A stretch of DNA of 64,000 nt from Torpedo marmorata. Taxonomy: Eukaryota. Location: contig OZ360242.1 in NCBI GenBank assembly GCA_977017645.1, positions 23,188,001 through 23,252,000 of the forward strand. Direction: 5' to 3'. The notes under the pieces were generated by a model. The model saw only the letters and a list, made by a program, of their open reading frames with translations, searched no databases and had not been told where the DNA came from. Position 1 is the stretch's first letter, and each line of letters starts with the position of its first letter. A program made the translations under genes and the position numbers. This document shows, piece by piece, positions 37,641 through 51,292 of this stretch.

Positions 37641-38364
37641 TCTTTTTAATCTTATTTAACCCAGATCAAAAGAATTTAGAACCAGTTTATTTGCAAAAAC
37701 AATAAATTGCTGCATCAAAAGGATTCTATCATATTTAAACTAGAGAATGGAATGGCCTCCAAATTAAAGGAGAAACAAAATGGCCAATAGCTAAGGAAAG
37801 GAGTTGAAAGAGCTGCAGAGTTATCAGCTGCAGGGTGACCTAACAGTTCAAAAAATAGTTGAAATCTCTTCTGTTGGCTCTCAATCTGTGGCATCTGATA
37901 ACACTGCAATGCTGGCCACAAATCTGGGTAAGAAGTGGGTTTTTTTCTTCAAATGTACTGTGACCAGAAATCTATCATTTAATCCCCATGTATAGTTACT
38001 CTCGAGAAGGTGGTAATGCGGTATCCTTCTTGAAGCATTGAATTATTTCTGGTGAACATGCTTCCACAATGCTGTTGGATAACATGTTCCAGGATTCCCG
38101 TACGCCATCTGATCTGGAGCTAAACCCAATCTGTTGCAGGAACTCAGTGGGTCAAGCAGCATCAGTGGGAGAAAAAGAAAAGTCAAAGTTTTGAGCTGAA
38201 ACTCTATCAAGACTGAGGAAATGTAGGAGAGAAGACAGTGTAAAGAAGACTGGTGATTCAGGAACATGTGACTATATCGTCACCCATACATGTATCATGC
38301 CCTTCTACTATAACAAGTAGTGGTAGCCCCTGTCATCTCTGTGCATCTGTGCTGTTCAACTGGA

Positions 38365-38830
38365 CTGAAGATTTACAATGATGTTATCAAGACTTGGGGG
38401 CCTGAGCTACTCAAAGAGGTTAAGCAGGTTAGGGCTTTATTCCTTGTAGCGTAGGAGGATGAGGGCCGATCTCATGCAGTTACTTAAAATCATGAGAGGA
38501 ATAGATCAGATAAATGCACAGAGTCTTTTACCCAGAGTAGGGGAAGTCGGCAACTAAAGGCAATGGGTTTAAGGTGCGGAGGGGGATATTTAACAGGAAC
38601 CTCAAGGATTTTTTTCCCCCACACAGAGGGTGGTGAATGGATGGAATGGGCTGCCAGAGGTTGTGGGTGAGGCAAGTACTATTACAATGTTTAAGAAAAA
38701 TTTGGACGGATTCTTGAATTGGACGGGTTGAGAGAGACACGGGCCAAATGCAGGAAGGTGGGACTAGTGTGGGTGGGATATTTTGGTCGGTGTGGGCAAG
38801 CTAGGCCGAAGGGCCTGTTTCCATGCAGCA
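38365..38830 (+). mobile_element. Old CR1 3' fragment
   Basis: agatttacaatgatgtt...gaggatgagggccgatct...ggccgaagggcctgtttccatgc. Confidence 0.7.
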
Positions 38831-40084
38831 TGCCTCCATAATGTGAAGTAATGGTCATTTTGTTTTACCAAGCCAGGATGGTGTGCAACTTGGAGGGTAA
38901 TGTGCAGGTGGTGGTGTTCCCATGCACTTGTTAACCTCATCTTTCTTGGTGGAAATGTCATGGGCTTGGGTGGTGCACCTAAAAGTAGTCTTGTCAAGTA
39001 GCGGCAATGGATTTTGTAGATGAGTACAGCGTGCCGTGGTACTCAGTGGCAAAGGGAGTCACCATTTAGGTTGGCAGATGTGGTACCAATCAAGCAAGCT
39101 GTATTGCTCTAGATGGTATCATGCTTCTCATGTATTGCATTAGCTCTCCATATTCCAGACAATAGATTAAAAGGTAGCGTTAAGATACAAGAACTAATTG
39201 GACAGATAGATAAATGAAGTACAAGAGAGGATAGATGTTTGCCTGCAGGTATACATGAGCAGCATCAGGCCACTCAGTACCTTGATCCTGTTCTACCATT
39301 CACCACGTTCCTGGCTGACCTGTGACCCATTTCACATACAAACCTTTTCTCCATAACCCATAAAAAATTAACAATGACAGATTTAAAATAACTGATTCAG
39401 TACTAATTTACAACGTGCTTTGAATTTCCACCACCTTCTGCCCATAAAATTTTCCCAAATTTCACTCTGAAAAGATATGGCTCTAACTTTCAGACAATGG
39501 TCCCAAACCTGCAGTAGTAACTTCTCTCCACCCTCGTCTGGCATCATTCTGGTAAACCTGCACTATTCTCCCTCGAGGGTCTCAAGGTATGGTGCAAAAC
39601 ACCTCTCGGTACTTTGTACAAGTTCTGACCCTGAATACTCCAGCTTAATAGAAATAAAAGGCTAATGTGCTAGTAGTTATTTTTTTGTGCCTGACTGTGA
39701 CAATGGGTCGTAATTCTCCTTGAGCCTCCAGTGCTTCTACCTTTTCACTTTGTCCTGTCTTTTCTTCAGTTTAAATGACTTATTTGCTTGAAATACATTT
39801 GCCACAGATTTGTCCATTCATTTAACCTATCAATATCTTTGCAATGTTTTGAAGTGGAACATCAACATCTTAATGCTTTGGAATATCAACATATTAATGA
39901 AGTGAGTAACAGATATGATGACAAAACTTCATACGAGTGCTGTCAAGATCTCAGAAATTAAAAACTATTCACGCAACAATGTTTCAATTGCACGTGCTTG
40001 AGATGTGCTTTTAAAGTATTTGCAAATCAACTGGCACATTTGAGAGCTATTGTTTGTGGAGACAATTTAATTGATTAAACAAGT

Positions 40085-40570
40085 TGTTATTCCCATGGAA
40101 CACTACAGGCTTTTTGGCCCATCTAGTCTTTGCCAAACTATTATTCTGCCATGTCCCATTAACCTGCACCTGGACCGCGGCCCCTCATACCCCTCCCATC
40201 CATGTGCCTACCCAAATTTTTTGTAAATGTCAGAATCGAGCCCGCATTCATCACTTCAGCTGGCAGTTCGTTTCACACTCCCACTCCTCTCTGCGTGAAG
40301 CTCCCCTTAATGTTCCCTTTAAACATTTCCCCCTTCACCTTTAACCCACATCCTCTAGTTCTTGTCTCATTTAACCTCAGTGAAAAAAGCCTGCTTGCAT
40401 TTACTCTATCTATGCCCCTCATCATTTTGTATACCTCTATCAAATCTACCCTCATTCTTCTATGCTCCAGGGAATAAAGTCCCTAACCTGTTTAACTTTT
40501 CCTTGTAACTGAGTTGCTGAAGTCCCAGCAATGGCCTTGTAAATCTTCCCTGCACTCTTATTCGTATTGA
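40085..40570 (-). mobile_element. Old CR1 3' fragment
   Basis: MRVDLIEVYKMMRGIDRVNASRLF...TRG (ORF 40273..40455). Confidence 0.75.
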
Positions 40571-40806
40571 TATTTCCTGTATTTCCATTTATGCAAATAT
40601 GGTAACAATAACAAAGCATCCAGACTACTGCTGTCAGTACTATTAATAAAAACAAGAATATTGGTCTGATTCGGACCTTGAATATCCAGCAGTTGAGCAC
40701 CTTTTAATATATTCCAGGATATCGACAATAGAAACATTAATCACACAAAAACACAAATTGCCTTCATAGTAAAGAATAGTTATGAATTGTCCCACTCTTC
40801 ACCTAC

Positions 40807-41013
40807 CTTGACCAGGGCTGCTGCTGCCCTGAAACTCATTTTCGCCACAGATTCCCTCTTTCTTCGTTTGGGAATACGGTTGTACCCAGAACGAGAGCTG
40901 GTGAAGGAGCACAGGGATGCAGCACCGGGTGTGATCGGAGTGTGGGGAACGCTGTAGCCGTCATTTTCATCTGGCATTCGAAATGCTCTTCCTCTGGCCA
41001 GTGGGTCTACAAT
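40807..41013 (-). CDS. RHBDF1: iRhom1 coding exon (207 nt): [11 protein letters not shown]...[15 protein letters not shown]
   Basis: Acceptor gatgcag, donor AAG|gtaggt; conserved DPLARGRAF and PHTPITPG motifs. Confidence 0.96.
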
Positions 41014-42177
41014 CTGCATCAAGTTAAATAGAAGTGAACGTGAAGTTGACTTAAAACAAGGCACGGAAGGATCCTCAACTCATTCACTGCACATTACACA
41101 ACACAGCTGATATTCCTATTGATTAAGACCAATGGAGCCCAGTACTAGGCAGATCATAAAATAAGCAACCAACAGCACTTTACCTGCTTTATGTTTCCAT
41201 CCACGTCTGATAATACTCATGTCAGCTTTCACACAGCTTGCAATCAAAATACAACTCAATGTTGTACATAGTAATCTTTTACAATGCACCAGACATTTCC
41301 ATTACAATTGGACAGAGCCTTACACAAAAGAAATAAGCCACTTACCTCATTAGTTGTATCAATCCACAATTACCCAGGGACTTTTGCACCATATCGCCAT
41401 TGTTTTCAGCAAAAACAGTTCTCATCAACTATCACAATTTTGTCTGTGCTAAAATTACAGTGACTGCTAATTTTCTGCAGTTAAACCTGTTTTTATGTCA
41501 TTGCACTTAAATTATAAGTGGCACTGATGCTTGGGTACAGGTATGATTAGGGCTGACTTTTAACGTTTCCCTGATGGGAATTTAATGCCAGACTAGCATG
41601 TGTCAGTTGGGGCATGTTAATTAATACATTGCATGCCAAAAAGATTCTTGTAAAATATTCACACCAAAACATTACTATTGTAAAAATTTTTGGAAATACT
41701 TGCACCAATGAAAGAACTGGAAAGTACACAAAGAATAAATTGATCCTAATTCCGGCTTTTCCTTCATATCTATATTTAACTATTCCAAATTTGAATGAAA
41801 TGTCAGTTCTCATGGATGTTTTAATCTAAAATAACTTCCTTCATTTCCCTCCTAAAAAAATACACAATGCTAAATTAAGCCTGGAATTCATCAGTAGTCT
41901 GGCTTGTACTAGTCCAATCATAAAGCAGGATGTACACATTGATAACCAAAAATGTCCTGAAGATAATGTAGATTCTAAAGGTGAAGTACTGCACAAAATG
42001 TGTGTGCCGAATTGCCAGTTTAAAAAGTTAGTTACCGGTATACACTTCCAGCTCACCCCGACACTCATTGATTGCAATGTTACAATGAGAAATTCAGAAA
42101 TCTATGGCATCACTTGGCATGAATAGAGGCCATTCAGCCCTCTGACTAGTTCCTATCCATTGAGTCCCAATCTTTCC

Positions 42178-42415
42178 GTTAGCGTAACAGTTAGCGCAAC
42201 GTTGTTACAGCGCCAGCGACCCGGGTTCAAATCAAGCACTGTCTGTAAGGAGTTGGTACGTTCTCCCCGTGTCTGCGTGGGTTTCCTCCGGGTGCTCCGG
42301 TTTCCTCCCACCCTTCAAAAACGTACGGGGTCTATAGGCCAATTGATGTATTTGGGCGGCACAGGCTCGTGGGCCGGAAGGGCCTGTTACTGTGCTGCAT
42401 CTCTAAAATTCAAAT
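42178..42415 (+). mobile_element. V-SINE inserted in an old CR1 remnant
   Basis: Same head, core and tail as the 11806 copy. Confidence 0.88.
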
Positions 42416-45258
42416 TCCATATACTCTACATTCTAGGCGAACCAATTTTCTTCTGAATCCCTTACTTGATTTCTTGACTGTATGCTTTTGGTGTCAAAAT
42501 TTACTCTTGCTGAAAAGGGGTGGTGGGTGGGATGACTTACTTCCTACTCAATTAAAATCTTGTATAATTTTAAATACCTCAGTGGCCCCTTACCTTTTTT
42601 GTTTCACGATAAAAGTCCAGCCTGTTCATCCTGTCCTGAGACTCTTCCCAGTTCTGTATCATCCTTACAAATCACTTGCACTCCCCCTCCAGCGCCTCTA
42701 CATTTCTATAAACAAGGTGGCCAAACTGTACACTGCACTTGAAGAGTGTCTAATAAAGGCTTGAGCCAAGTTCTGCATCTTCCAGCAATAAACCTCAGTG
42801 TTTGATTTGTTTTAACGTGCACTGCTACTTTTAATTATTTCTCAAATTTTGCTTCTATAACCCATTTATATTCTCCTTTTTTTTCCTCCCCAAAAATCTG
42901 ACTTTGCACATGGGTGGGGAACATGGGGGAGAATAAAGAGGACTTCAAGCCCATTAACAGGGCAACGTTTTGTGAGCATTTGAATGAACGAAGAGCAGAC
43001 GGACTGTCGCAAGCATGCAATCATTCCTGTCCTTCTAACCCACTGCCCACCTCCCCCATTCTTACTGCAGAATTTCCCTCTGCACCCAGGTCACCTGTTA
43101 TGACAAGAACAAAAACTGGAAAATGAAGCCGATAAGCAATTGCCCTGCTCAGCCACTCACACAAGATTACATTCTGGATTGAAGTGTTCATTCCAACATC
43201 TTGACACGCTTGTGGGTGGGTGTTTTCAAATGGCTGGCAAATAAATACATCCCAAGCTCCTTTGCTCTTCAACCTCGCTTCTATTTATCTGCAAGAACGA
43301 TAGAGTACTGAGAGAGTCTCGGGACAGGATGAATAGGCTGGGCTTTAATTATGACACAAAATGGTAAGGTGGCACTGGTGAAGATATTTAAAGTTGTACA
43401 AGATTTCAATGGAGCCAAAATTGGTTGGAGCTGAGGATACCTTAAACAAGATTGCATCAAGTGGACTCGAGTTTTCCAGTCACCAATTGCTGACTGTTTT
43501 AATGTTAAAAGGCCAACAGACACACAAATGTTGGAAAATAAATATCTATTCACAGAGGAAATATGATTATAGCTAAGCAGTTAAACTACTAAAACAGAAC
43601 AGCTGGCGATACAAAAATAAGTCCAATAAAATGATAGTGTGGAAACTATTAAGAATTTTCCTAAGCACTAGAATATTTTGTTTATTATATATTAATATAT
43701 CAAGGCTAAGATGAACATGATTTGCTGTCAGTTAATAATTACTAAAGGGTCACAGAAGCAAGCAGATAATTTAGGAAAGGAAAACAGGAAGGCAAATACT
43801 GAATAGGTAGAACAGCTTTCAGTTCCCAATGACCAACACTGAGCCCTGCCAAGTTCCAAATACAGAGGAAAACCCTTAAAATCTTCCTTGTTAATGGAAA
43901 AGAGTGGGTGATTTTGTTTTTGGAGAAAACTAACCTACAGGGGGAAAAAAAATCATATCACATAAACAGTAAACAAACTCTTATGCAAGACCTGAAATAG
44001 TAATAGGTGTTTTTGGTTAGGTAATCAGCAGCCATACAAGCACCACTCTACAAGATGCTATGCACGGCAAAAAAAAGACAAGCCAAGACTTACCTAAAAC
44101 TGACCAATTGTACAGGGGTCATAAAGACCAGAGTGAATGGAGAAAAATGGCTGCTCCAATTAACAGCTGCTGCAGCCTGGGGCTAACTTGGCTTTATATT
44201 TTGACACAGTGTGGGATGGCCAATCATAAAATCTTATTAGAAAATGACACCATTGAGATAACTTAAATTTATACTTTAGTGCCCTTTTTAATCAGCATGT
44301 CCAAATCTTAACGGATTATCTTTCATAGGCTTGCTTTGCCAAAGTAGCAAAACCTTTTATTAAAAGTGGCTACGCCTGTTTGCACTGAAGCCCCACCATG
44401 TTGAGCAAATTAATCTGGTCTCTGATCAAAAATGTTAACTCTGTTTCTCCTTCCACAGATGCTGCCTGACCTGCTGAGTATTTCCAGCATTTTCTGATTT
44501 TCTTTCAGGTTTGAACATTTGCAGAATTTTAAACATTTTCATTTTCTCAAGGCAAAAGCACAGGCTGAAAAGAGTGGTGGAGGGGATCACAAGGATTTCT
44601 CTAAATGGATAAAGTGAGATACGTTCATTTTTAATTTTGAAGTGATTGAACAAATAACCAAAGTAAAATATAAGTTAATAGAATGAGACAAAGAACTGCT
44701 GCTTAAGGTAACATTCCCAGCAAAACCCAGGGTTTAGGTGAAGATGTGTAATAGGTAAGCAATTTTGTTTGGGTGCAAAACTGGCTAAAATTGCGCAGAG
44801 TATAGAAAAGGTTGACCAATTCCCCAACAACTGCTTTATGTTCCAATCAAACTTGAATTTCATCTTCGAACATTTTATAATGTGGGGCACACAATACTAA
44901 CCTTCATCTTATAAAGGAAACAATTTGAGCAGGGTTCTGCACCTTCAGGATGTATTTCTATTTCCTATAAGCAGTGATATGAAATACCTCAGAGAGATAG
45001 GCACTTTTCCCAGCCATCTGCCCAGGGCATCTGAAGAAAGTGTTGTTTTGCAGCCATTACATCTGTTACATCTCAATAAAATATCAGCAGAAAGCAAAGC
45101 CTATTTACCCAAATTAAAGCAGGATGGCTCAGAGAGCAGGACATGCAAATAAATGCTGGCCAATTTACTGATCAGAATTCTAGACCAACCTTCCCACTTA
45201 GAAAGTAAAACTTTCTACTGCTTGAAATTCACTCTTTCCAGTCCAAGTAATCTCAAAA

Positions 45259-46078
45259 ACCTTCCCTCTCTGCTTTCCGTGGGGAATCACTCCTTCCAGA
45301 ACTCCCTCCCCACCAATCACCCCCTTGGTACCTACCCGTGTGACTGCAGGAAGTGCTACACACACCCACACCTCCTCCCTCACCAACATTCGAGGCCCCA
45401 AACAGTCCGTCCAAGTGAAGCATCACTTCAGTTGTGAATCTGCAGGGGTCATCTACTGCATCCGGTGCTCCCATTGTGGCCTTCTCTACATCGGAGAGAT
45501 AGGACGCAGACTGGGGGAGAGATCTTAGAGCACCTTTGCTCTGTCTGCTGCAATAACAGCGGCCTCCCAGTGGCCAACCATTTCAATTCCACACCGGATT
45601 TCCACAGCGATATGTCTGTCCATGGCCTCATGCACTGTCAAACCCAGGCCACCTGCAAATTGGAGGAACAGCACCTAATATTCCATCTGGGCGCTCTCCA
45701 ACCAGATGGCATTAACATCGACTTCTCCGGCTTCCGTTAGGCCCCTCCCCCATCTCTCTCTCCCTATCCCTCGGTCTCCTTTCCTCCAGCTCCCCACCGC
45801 TTCCCTCTCCATTCAGAGACCCAACACCCCTCCCCCATCATGTCAGCTTTTTTCTCTTCTGCCCTCCCACCCATATCCACCTAGGAACTCTTGCATGTTT
45901 GCCTGTGCTCCTTCCCCAGCCCCTTCTTCCCTCCTCTCCCACCTTTTTAATTCAGGCACCTGCCTGCTTTATGCTCATACCTTGACCAATGGCTCAGGCC
46001 CGAAACGTTGGTGATATATCTTTGCCTCCTATTTACGCTGCGTGACCCGCTGAGTTTCTCCAACATTTGTGTGTATTA
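45259..46078 (+). mobile_element. Penelope-like element 3' fragment (GIY-YIG and terminal repeat) with 10-bp TSD
   Basis: VIYCIRCSHCGLLYIGE.GRRLGE, VANHFNS...LEEQHLIFHLGALQPDGIN; TSD aatctcaaaa at 45249-45258 and 46079-46088. Confidence 0.85.
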
Positions 46079-46894
46079 AATCTCAAAACCAGGTTGGCAG
46101 TAGTAACACGTATTGAAACAGCAGTTCCTGTTCAATTTTGTCCAATTTCTGGCTGTTTGGGAAAACATTTGGCCTTTATTAAGGGGACTCACCCAACGTT
46201 ACTGGCAAAGGTCAGAAAATTCTGGGAGTGATTCCAGTCCTTGTAACCCTGTAGCTTTGTAGCACGACATTAGACTTTTTGTTATAAAAGCTCTGAAGAA
46301 ATATTACAGGAGCTTTGAAATAACTCATCCAAAATGGGGTCGCATGCAACAAAAACAATCAAAAACAAAACACACAAATTTTACCCCAGACTCAAAATCA
46401 TTTCAGTTAGCAAGGAAACGTGGGGCTTATGCTGATTTACATTCATTTAAAAATGTAAAATTGGCTCAATCAAACATCTGAAATCTGGTATCGCAATGCT
46501 GAGTTACTCCCACCTGTGTGGTCTGCCGACTCAGTAAATGCAAAATTCTAATTTAATGCAAATAAGTTAAACCTGGAAGGGCAAAGTGTGCCTGTGTGCA
46601 TCTACACTGCAGAAGGTTAATTGGTGGGTTCCAACAAAGAGTATCACTTTTTATGTGAACTTTTACCCAAGATCCCAGCACTCCAGTCATCTTCCTAAGT
46701 GTACTGGATCATGTGTAATACAGGTACATGTTGACCTATTGGGCAGAGTTACCAGAAATTTGTGTTACTGTTACTATTAGATTAATTTTTTCAGGATAGA
46801 CTTTTAAAAAAATGAATATCATAAAAGAGTACGATGCAGGAGAGGACCAATGTCACTAAGATTGGACCAACTCTTTCAAAGAGCAATTTATTCA

Positions 46895-47153
46895 TGTTTA
46901 AATTTGGACATACAATACAGCATGGTAACAGGCCCTTTCAGCCCACGAGCCTGTGCCGCCCAATTACACCCAATTGATCTATAACCCCGGTACGTTTTGA
47001 AGGGTGGGAGGAAATCGCAGCACCCGGAGGAAACCCACGCAGACACGGGGAAAAAGTACAAACTCCTTACAGACAGCGCGGGATTTGAACCCTGGTCCCA
47101 GTCGCTGGCGCTGTAGCAGTGTTGCACTAACTGCTACGCTAACCATGCCGCCC
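46895..47153 (-). mobile_element. V-SINE
   Basis: Reverse complement of the same family, full head to tail. Confidence 0.9.
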
Positions 47154-47279
47154 CAATTCTTTCCCTATTCTTTTTCCATAGTCCGGCATTTTTTCCCTCT
47201 TTTGATACTTGCCCGGTTCTTTTGGTTCCCACCACCCTCATGCATACTAAATCCGAACCGCTTATCGTGCCATTCAAAG

Positions 47280-47625
47280 ATGGCAGTCATGATAAAGGAT
47301 CCCCATCACTCTGATCACAATCTCCTCTCGCTACTACCTTCTGGCAGGAGGTACAGAAGCCTGAAGTCTGGAAACTCTAGGTTGAAGAGAAGTTTTTCTC
47401 CAACAGCTATCAGGTCTGGAACCTCCCCGTAGTACCCCCACACTGCTCCAGGACAGCCAATGATTTGTTTGTACCATTGTAACATCACTTTGGTTTGCAC
47501 TAATGGCACACGTGAATATTTATCTCTCTTTTTATATTTATTATTTTTTTTCCCTTTGTAGCAATTTACACCTCTTGTCTGTTTGCGCACCTGTGTCGGC
47601 ACAGCATGCAAGAATTTCAGTCATC
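47280..47625 (+). mobile_element. Degenerate Rex1/Babar 3' fragment
   Basis: IKDPHHSDHNLLSLLPSGRRYRSLK...SFSPTAIR. Confidence 0.7.
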
Positions 47626-48169
47626 AGTACAACTCTCATTCACTCAAAAGAGATGTTGTTCAGAGTTATCTGCTTTTTAAAAACTACTCACTGATCACTG
47701 CCCCTTCACCCGCTGGAATCAACGTTTTGTGAACTCTGTCAAAGCCCTTCGTGTTCACAAATACCTTGATCAAATTGCTCCTCAAACTTTTCTGCTCTGC
47801 TTAAAACAACCTTGTGCAACCATGTTCTCCACATTACTGTCATCTCCAGACAACATAACCCTCTCTGAACCTCTCCAAAATCCTGATGTACAGTCCAAAA
47901 GATGGGGAAGGATGACCAGCTGAGGCAGGATTTTATTCACGTTACAACAACTTTCTGAAACCCACGACTTCCCAGTCCAGGAATTCTGTCATTGCTCATG
48001 ATGGCCCTGGGGTTTCACCAAAAAACTAATCTCCAAAGATAGCTGACTTTATTGTCTTGGTGTTGAAGCTTATGATTTTCCTCCCAGTATTTCCAAATGT
48101 CATGAAATGCATTCCTGAATTCTACAAACTTTCTCCCCCATTTGTTCTGTGGCAAGGAAATACCTTGTA

Positions 48170-48394
48170 TCGTAAAACCCCCCACATCCAGCACCTATGG
48201 GGATTGGTAGATGCCGGATAAGTGAATTTTCCGTTTGCTTGAGATTGCGTGTTGTGTGGATTTGCGAACTAACCACTAGGGGCGCCAATTTTAAACATTC
48301 GTATTTTTTTATCTAGTATTTATTTACCGCAAATTTTTTGCCGGTTGCTTGAGGCTGCCGGTTGATTGAATTCTGGAAAATGGGGATTTTATTG
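48170..48394. mobile_element. Short MITE of the same Tigger-like family, opposite orientation
   Basis: Reverse-complement copy of 14299-14520 with TA at both ends. Confidence 0.8.
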
Positions 48395-49369
48395 TATACA
48401 GAAGCAGGCAGTCACTTAGTGGACTCTGATTTGGCCAAACAGGAAGGGGATTCCCCAATTCATTGTCCCCTCAGGATCCGCTGGCCAGCATTGCTGCCCT
48501 CTGTACCTGACCACCTGCAAAGATGGATCCCCCTCACCCAGCAAGGCCTTGTTGATGAACAGGCCTCAGCTTTGTAACATTATTTAAAGGCTTTTGATAG
48601 TCGGAGGCAGTTCAAAGCTATCAAGATGGCGGTACACAAAGTACAGTATATCAAAAGTAGTTAGTATACAAAGAAATAACTAAACACATTAAAATAGGTA
48701 TAAAAAACATATTTCCCCTCCAGCTGGGAATCTCCATTGATATGAATGGGAATTCCGACTCTGCAAAACGGTATTGCACATTACAACACTGCGGAATCTT
48801 AGTGGGACCAAGTTCTACCACTCTAGACCATGAGGAATAACCAATGCACCATTCCTTTTGATTGACTTGTGCTGGCTGTGGTCTGCTGCTCCAATCAATC
48901 GATTTATCACTGCTTGATGTAATCTTTTCTACTACTCCTTTCAAGATTATTGCATGGCACATTATCAAATTATCTTATAAACTCCCATACACGAACTGCT
49001 AATGTGTTGCGCTTAAAAATAACTCAGCTGGGCCCAACAATTTATCCTTACCAAATCGGTACTGGCTCACATTTTTTAGTTCATGCTTACTCAAACATTA
49101 ACTCTCTTCAAAACTTACCCCAGAACTACTGTCCTAAAACTTCCCTCAAGCAAAAATCTATCACTCCTCTTTCTATTGATCACTCTCTAGTGAGTCCTAA
49201 GCAGTGCACATCAGGTTGAGTGTGATGATCGTTCCCTTGTGATGGTCAACCCAATACCCCAGGCCTTTCCCAGGCAAGGTGTCTAACTGCACACCATTCA
49301 TCCAACAGTCAAGTCTGCTTGGCAGTTGACAGTTCCAGCATTCAGCCAGCTAGATCATCAATGGCCTGC

Positions 49370-49550
49370 ACATGCTGGAATCTGGAGCAAAAAACAAGCT
49401 GCTGGAAGAACTCAGCAAGTCAAGCAGCATCTGTTGAGGCAAAGGAATGGTTGTTTCGCATCCAGGCCCTGTATCAGTTGACCAATCCCTTTGGCTCCAC
49501 AGATGATACTTGACTCACTGAATTCCTCCAGCAGATTGATTTTTTTTACT
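49370..49550. mobile_element. Old Penelope-derived hairpin
   Basis: ctgctggaagaactcagcaagtcaagcagcatctg ... cagatgatacttgactcactgaattcctccagcag. Confidence 0.6.
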
Positions 49551-50021
49551 GGCCTGTCAAGCCATCTGATAGTCACACGAGGAATTCTCTGATCTATTTT
49601 TTACAGCAAGTGCCCCACAGATGATTTTTGCAGAATAAACCAATGACCAAGACTTTAATTATAAACACCAGTGCCCTCCCTATCCTAAACCAAATCCCAT
49701 CAGGACAATAAAGTATGATTTTATTTTGACAGATTATTTAGCTAGAGCTAGGATTTCAATATAGTGCTGACATTTCAACACAAGGTTGTATGGGATACAG
49801 TTAAATTTCCCCAGAACACCTCGGCAACATCTGGCTAAAACGTTTTGATATGGAGATGCTGTGTTTTTATTTAAAATTTAAAGATCCCTTGGGCTATTAA
49901 AAATTACTATCAAACTTTAAAACAGAAACTACGTTCAGAATTAATCATTGGAATTTACAATCCCCCATTTGATGGTTGAACACAAGTGCTGGAAACACAA
50001 TGGAGGAATACTTGGAGAACA

Positions 50022-50286
50022 TTAAATTTAGATTTTAAATTTAGACATACAGCACGGTAACAGGCCCTTTCGGCCCTCGACCCTGTGCCGCACAATTACA
50101 CCCAATTGACCTACAACCCCCGGTACGTTTTGGAGGGGAGGAGGAAACCGGAGCCCCCGGGGAAAACCCTCGCAGACACGGGGAAAACGTACAAACTCCT
50201 TACAGACAGCGCAGGATTCGAACCCCGGCCCTGATCACTGCCGCTGTAACAGCGTGGCACTAACCGCTATGCTAACCATGCCGCCC
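50022..50286 (-). mobile_element. V-SINE
   Basis: Reverse complement of the same family; B box ggttcgaatcc intact. Confidence 0.9.
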
Positions 50287-51081
50287 ATAAACAAAAGAAT
50301 TCCACTGCATTTTACTCAATTCTGGACTAATTAACCCAGGTATAAATGAATGTCCATCAGTAAGAATGGAATTCTGACATTTGATGGGTTTACAGCAAAC
50401 TGGCAGAATTTGTTTTCCCCCAGAATTCTAGCACTGCAACATTTCAATTCATTGGTCAGATACCTGGTTTTTAAACATCACTGGTTTCAGCAAATCTGGC
50501 AAACAGTTCATAGAAAACATCACAACCAAATTCATACATTTGTCAGTTGATTAACTGAAAACTGAATGCTCCAATATAGTTCTGTATATTTACAAGTTTT
50601 GTTCTTCGATCACCCCTCCTACAACCCATCAATGTTTTATATACTGTATTTTTGATTTAATTGTTTTTTTATTTCAAAAGACATCGATTCCTGTTGTTAT
50701 AATGTCTTGATATTGGAGTATTTAAACTAGCAGCAGAAATGTCCATAAAATGTTGATTGCTATGCACTGCTGATAAAACAATAATAGTTGTTCCAAATGT
50801 GAGACTTCACCAATCAGTTTTGTGGAACAATCACTAATGAAAAGCTTAGTACATCTTTAGTAGCAGTGGCATAGTTTTTGCAACCAGTACAGATTGCAAA
50901 CCTTCAATGTTTGACATTTCTGCAGCTGAGGAGACTTGTCCATATTTTTATCTTTAAAAAAAAGGTTTTATGAACCAATAATTACATTTAGCAGAACATA
51001 AACAAGAATTAACCATCAATCCATTCACCCTGACTTTGGCAATAAAATAAATTGTCTGGTGACTTGTAATCTGGGCCTTAC

Positions 51082-51292
51082 CTTCTGCATGCCAAACTGT
51101 GGCCCCACATAGAGAGGAGGAGGGGTCTCAGTGCTGGTGAGCGAGATGTTGTCTTGACTAGGTAGTTCCATTTCACGAATGACGTGTGATTTAAGCTTGC
51201 CATACCTCTGGCTGCAGTGACGAAGGCTCTTCCTCTGCCATTTTTGAGTGGTATCATTATCTTTGCTCACCCCAAACCAGTCAGCTGTTCCT
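51082..51292 (-). CDS. RHBDF1: iRhom1 coding exon (211 nt): (R)[70 protein letters not shown]
   Basis: Acceptor ttccacag, donor AAG|gtaagg; near-identical to the iRhom1 cytoplasmic N-tail. Confidence 0.96.

Noticed and set aside
40807-41013. Gene might be RHBDF2 because of the [11 protein letters not shown] spelling
   Set aside because: The remaining exons ([56 protein letters not shown]) match iRhom1.
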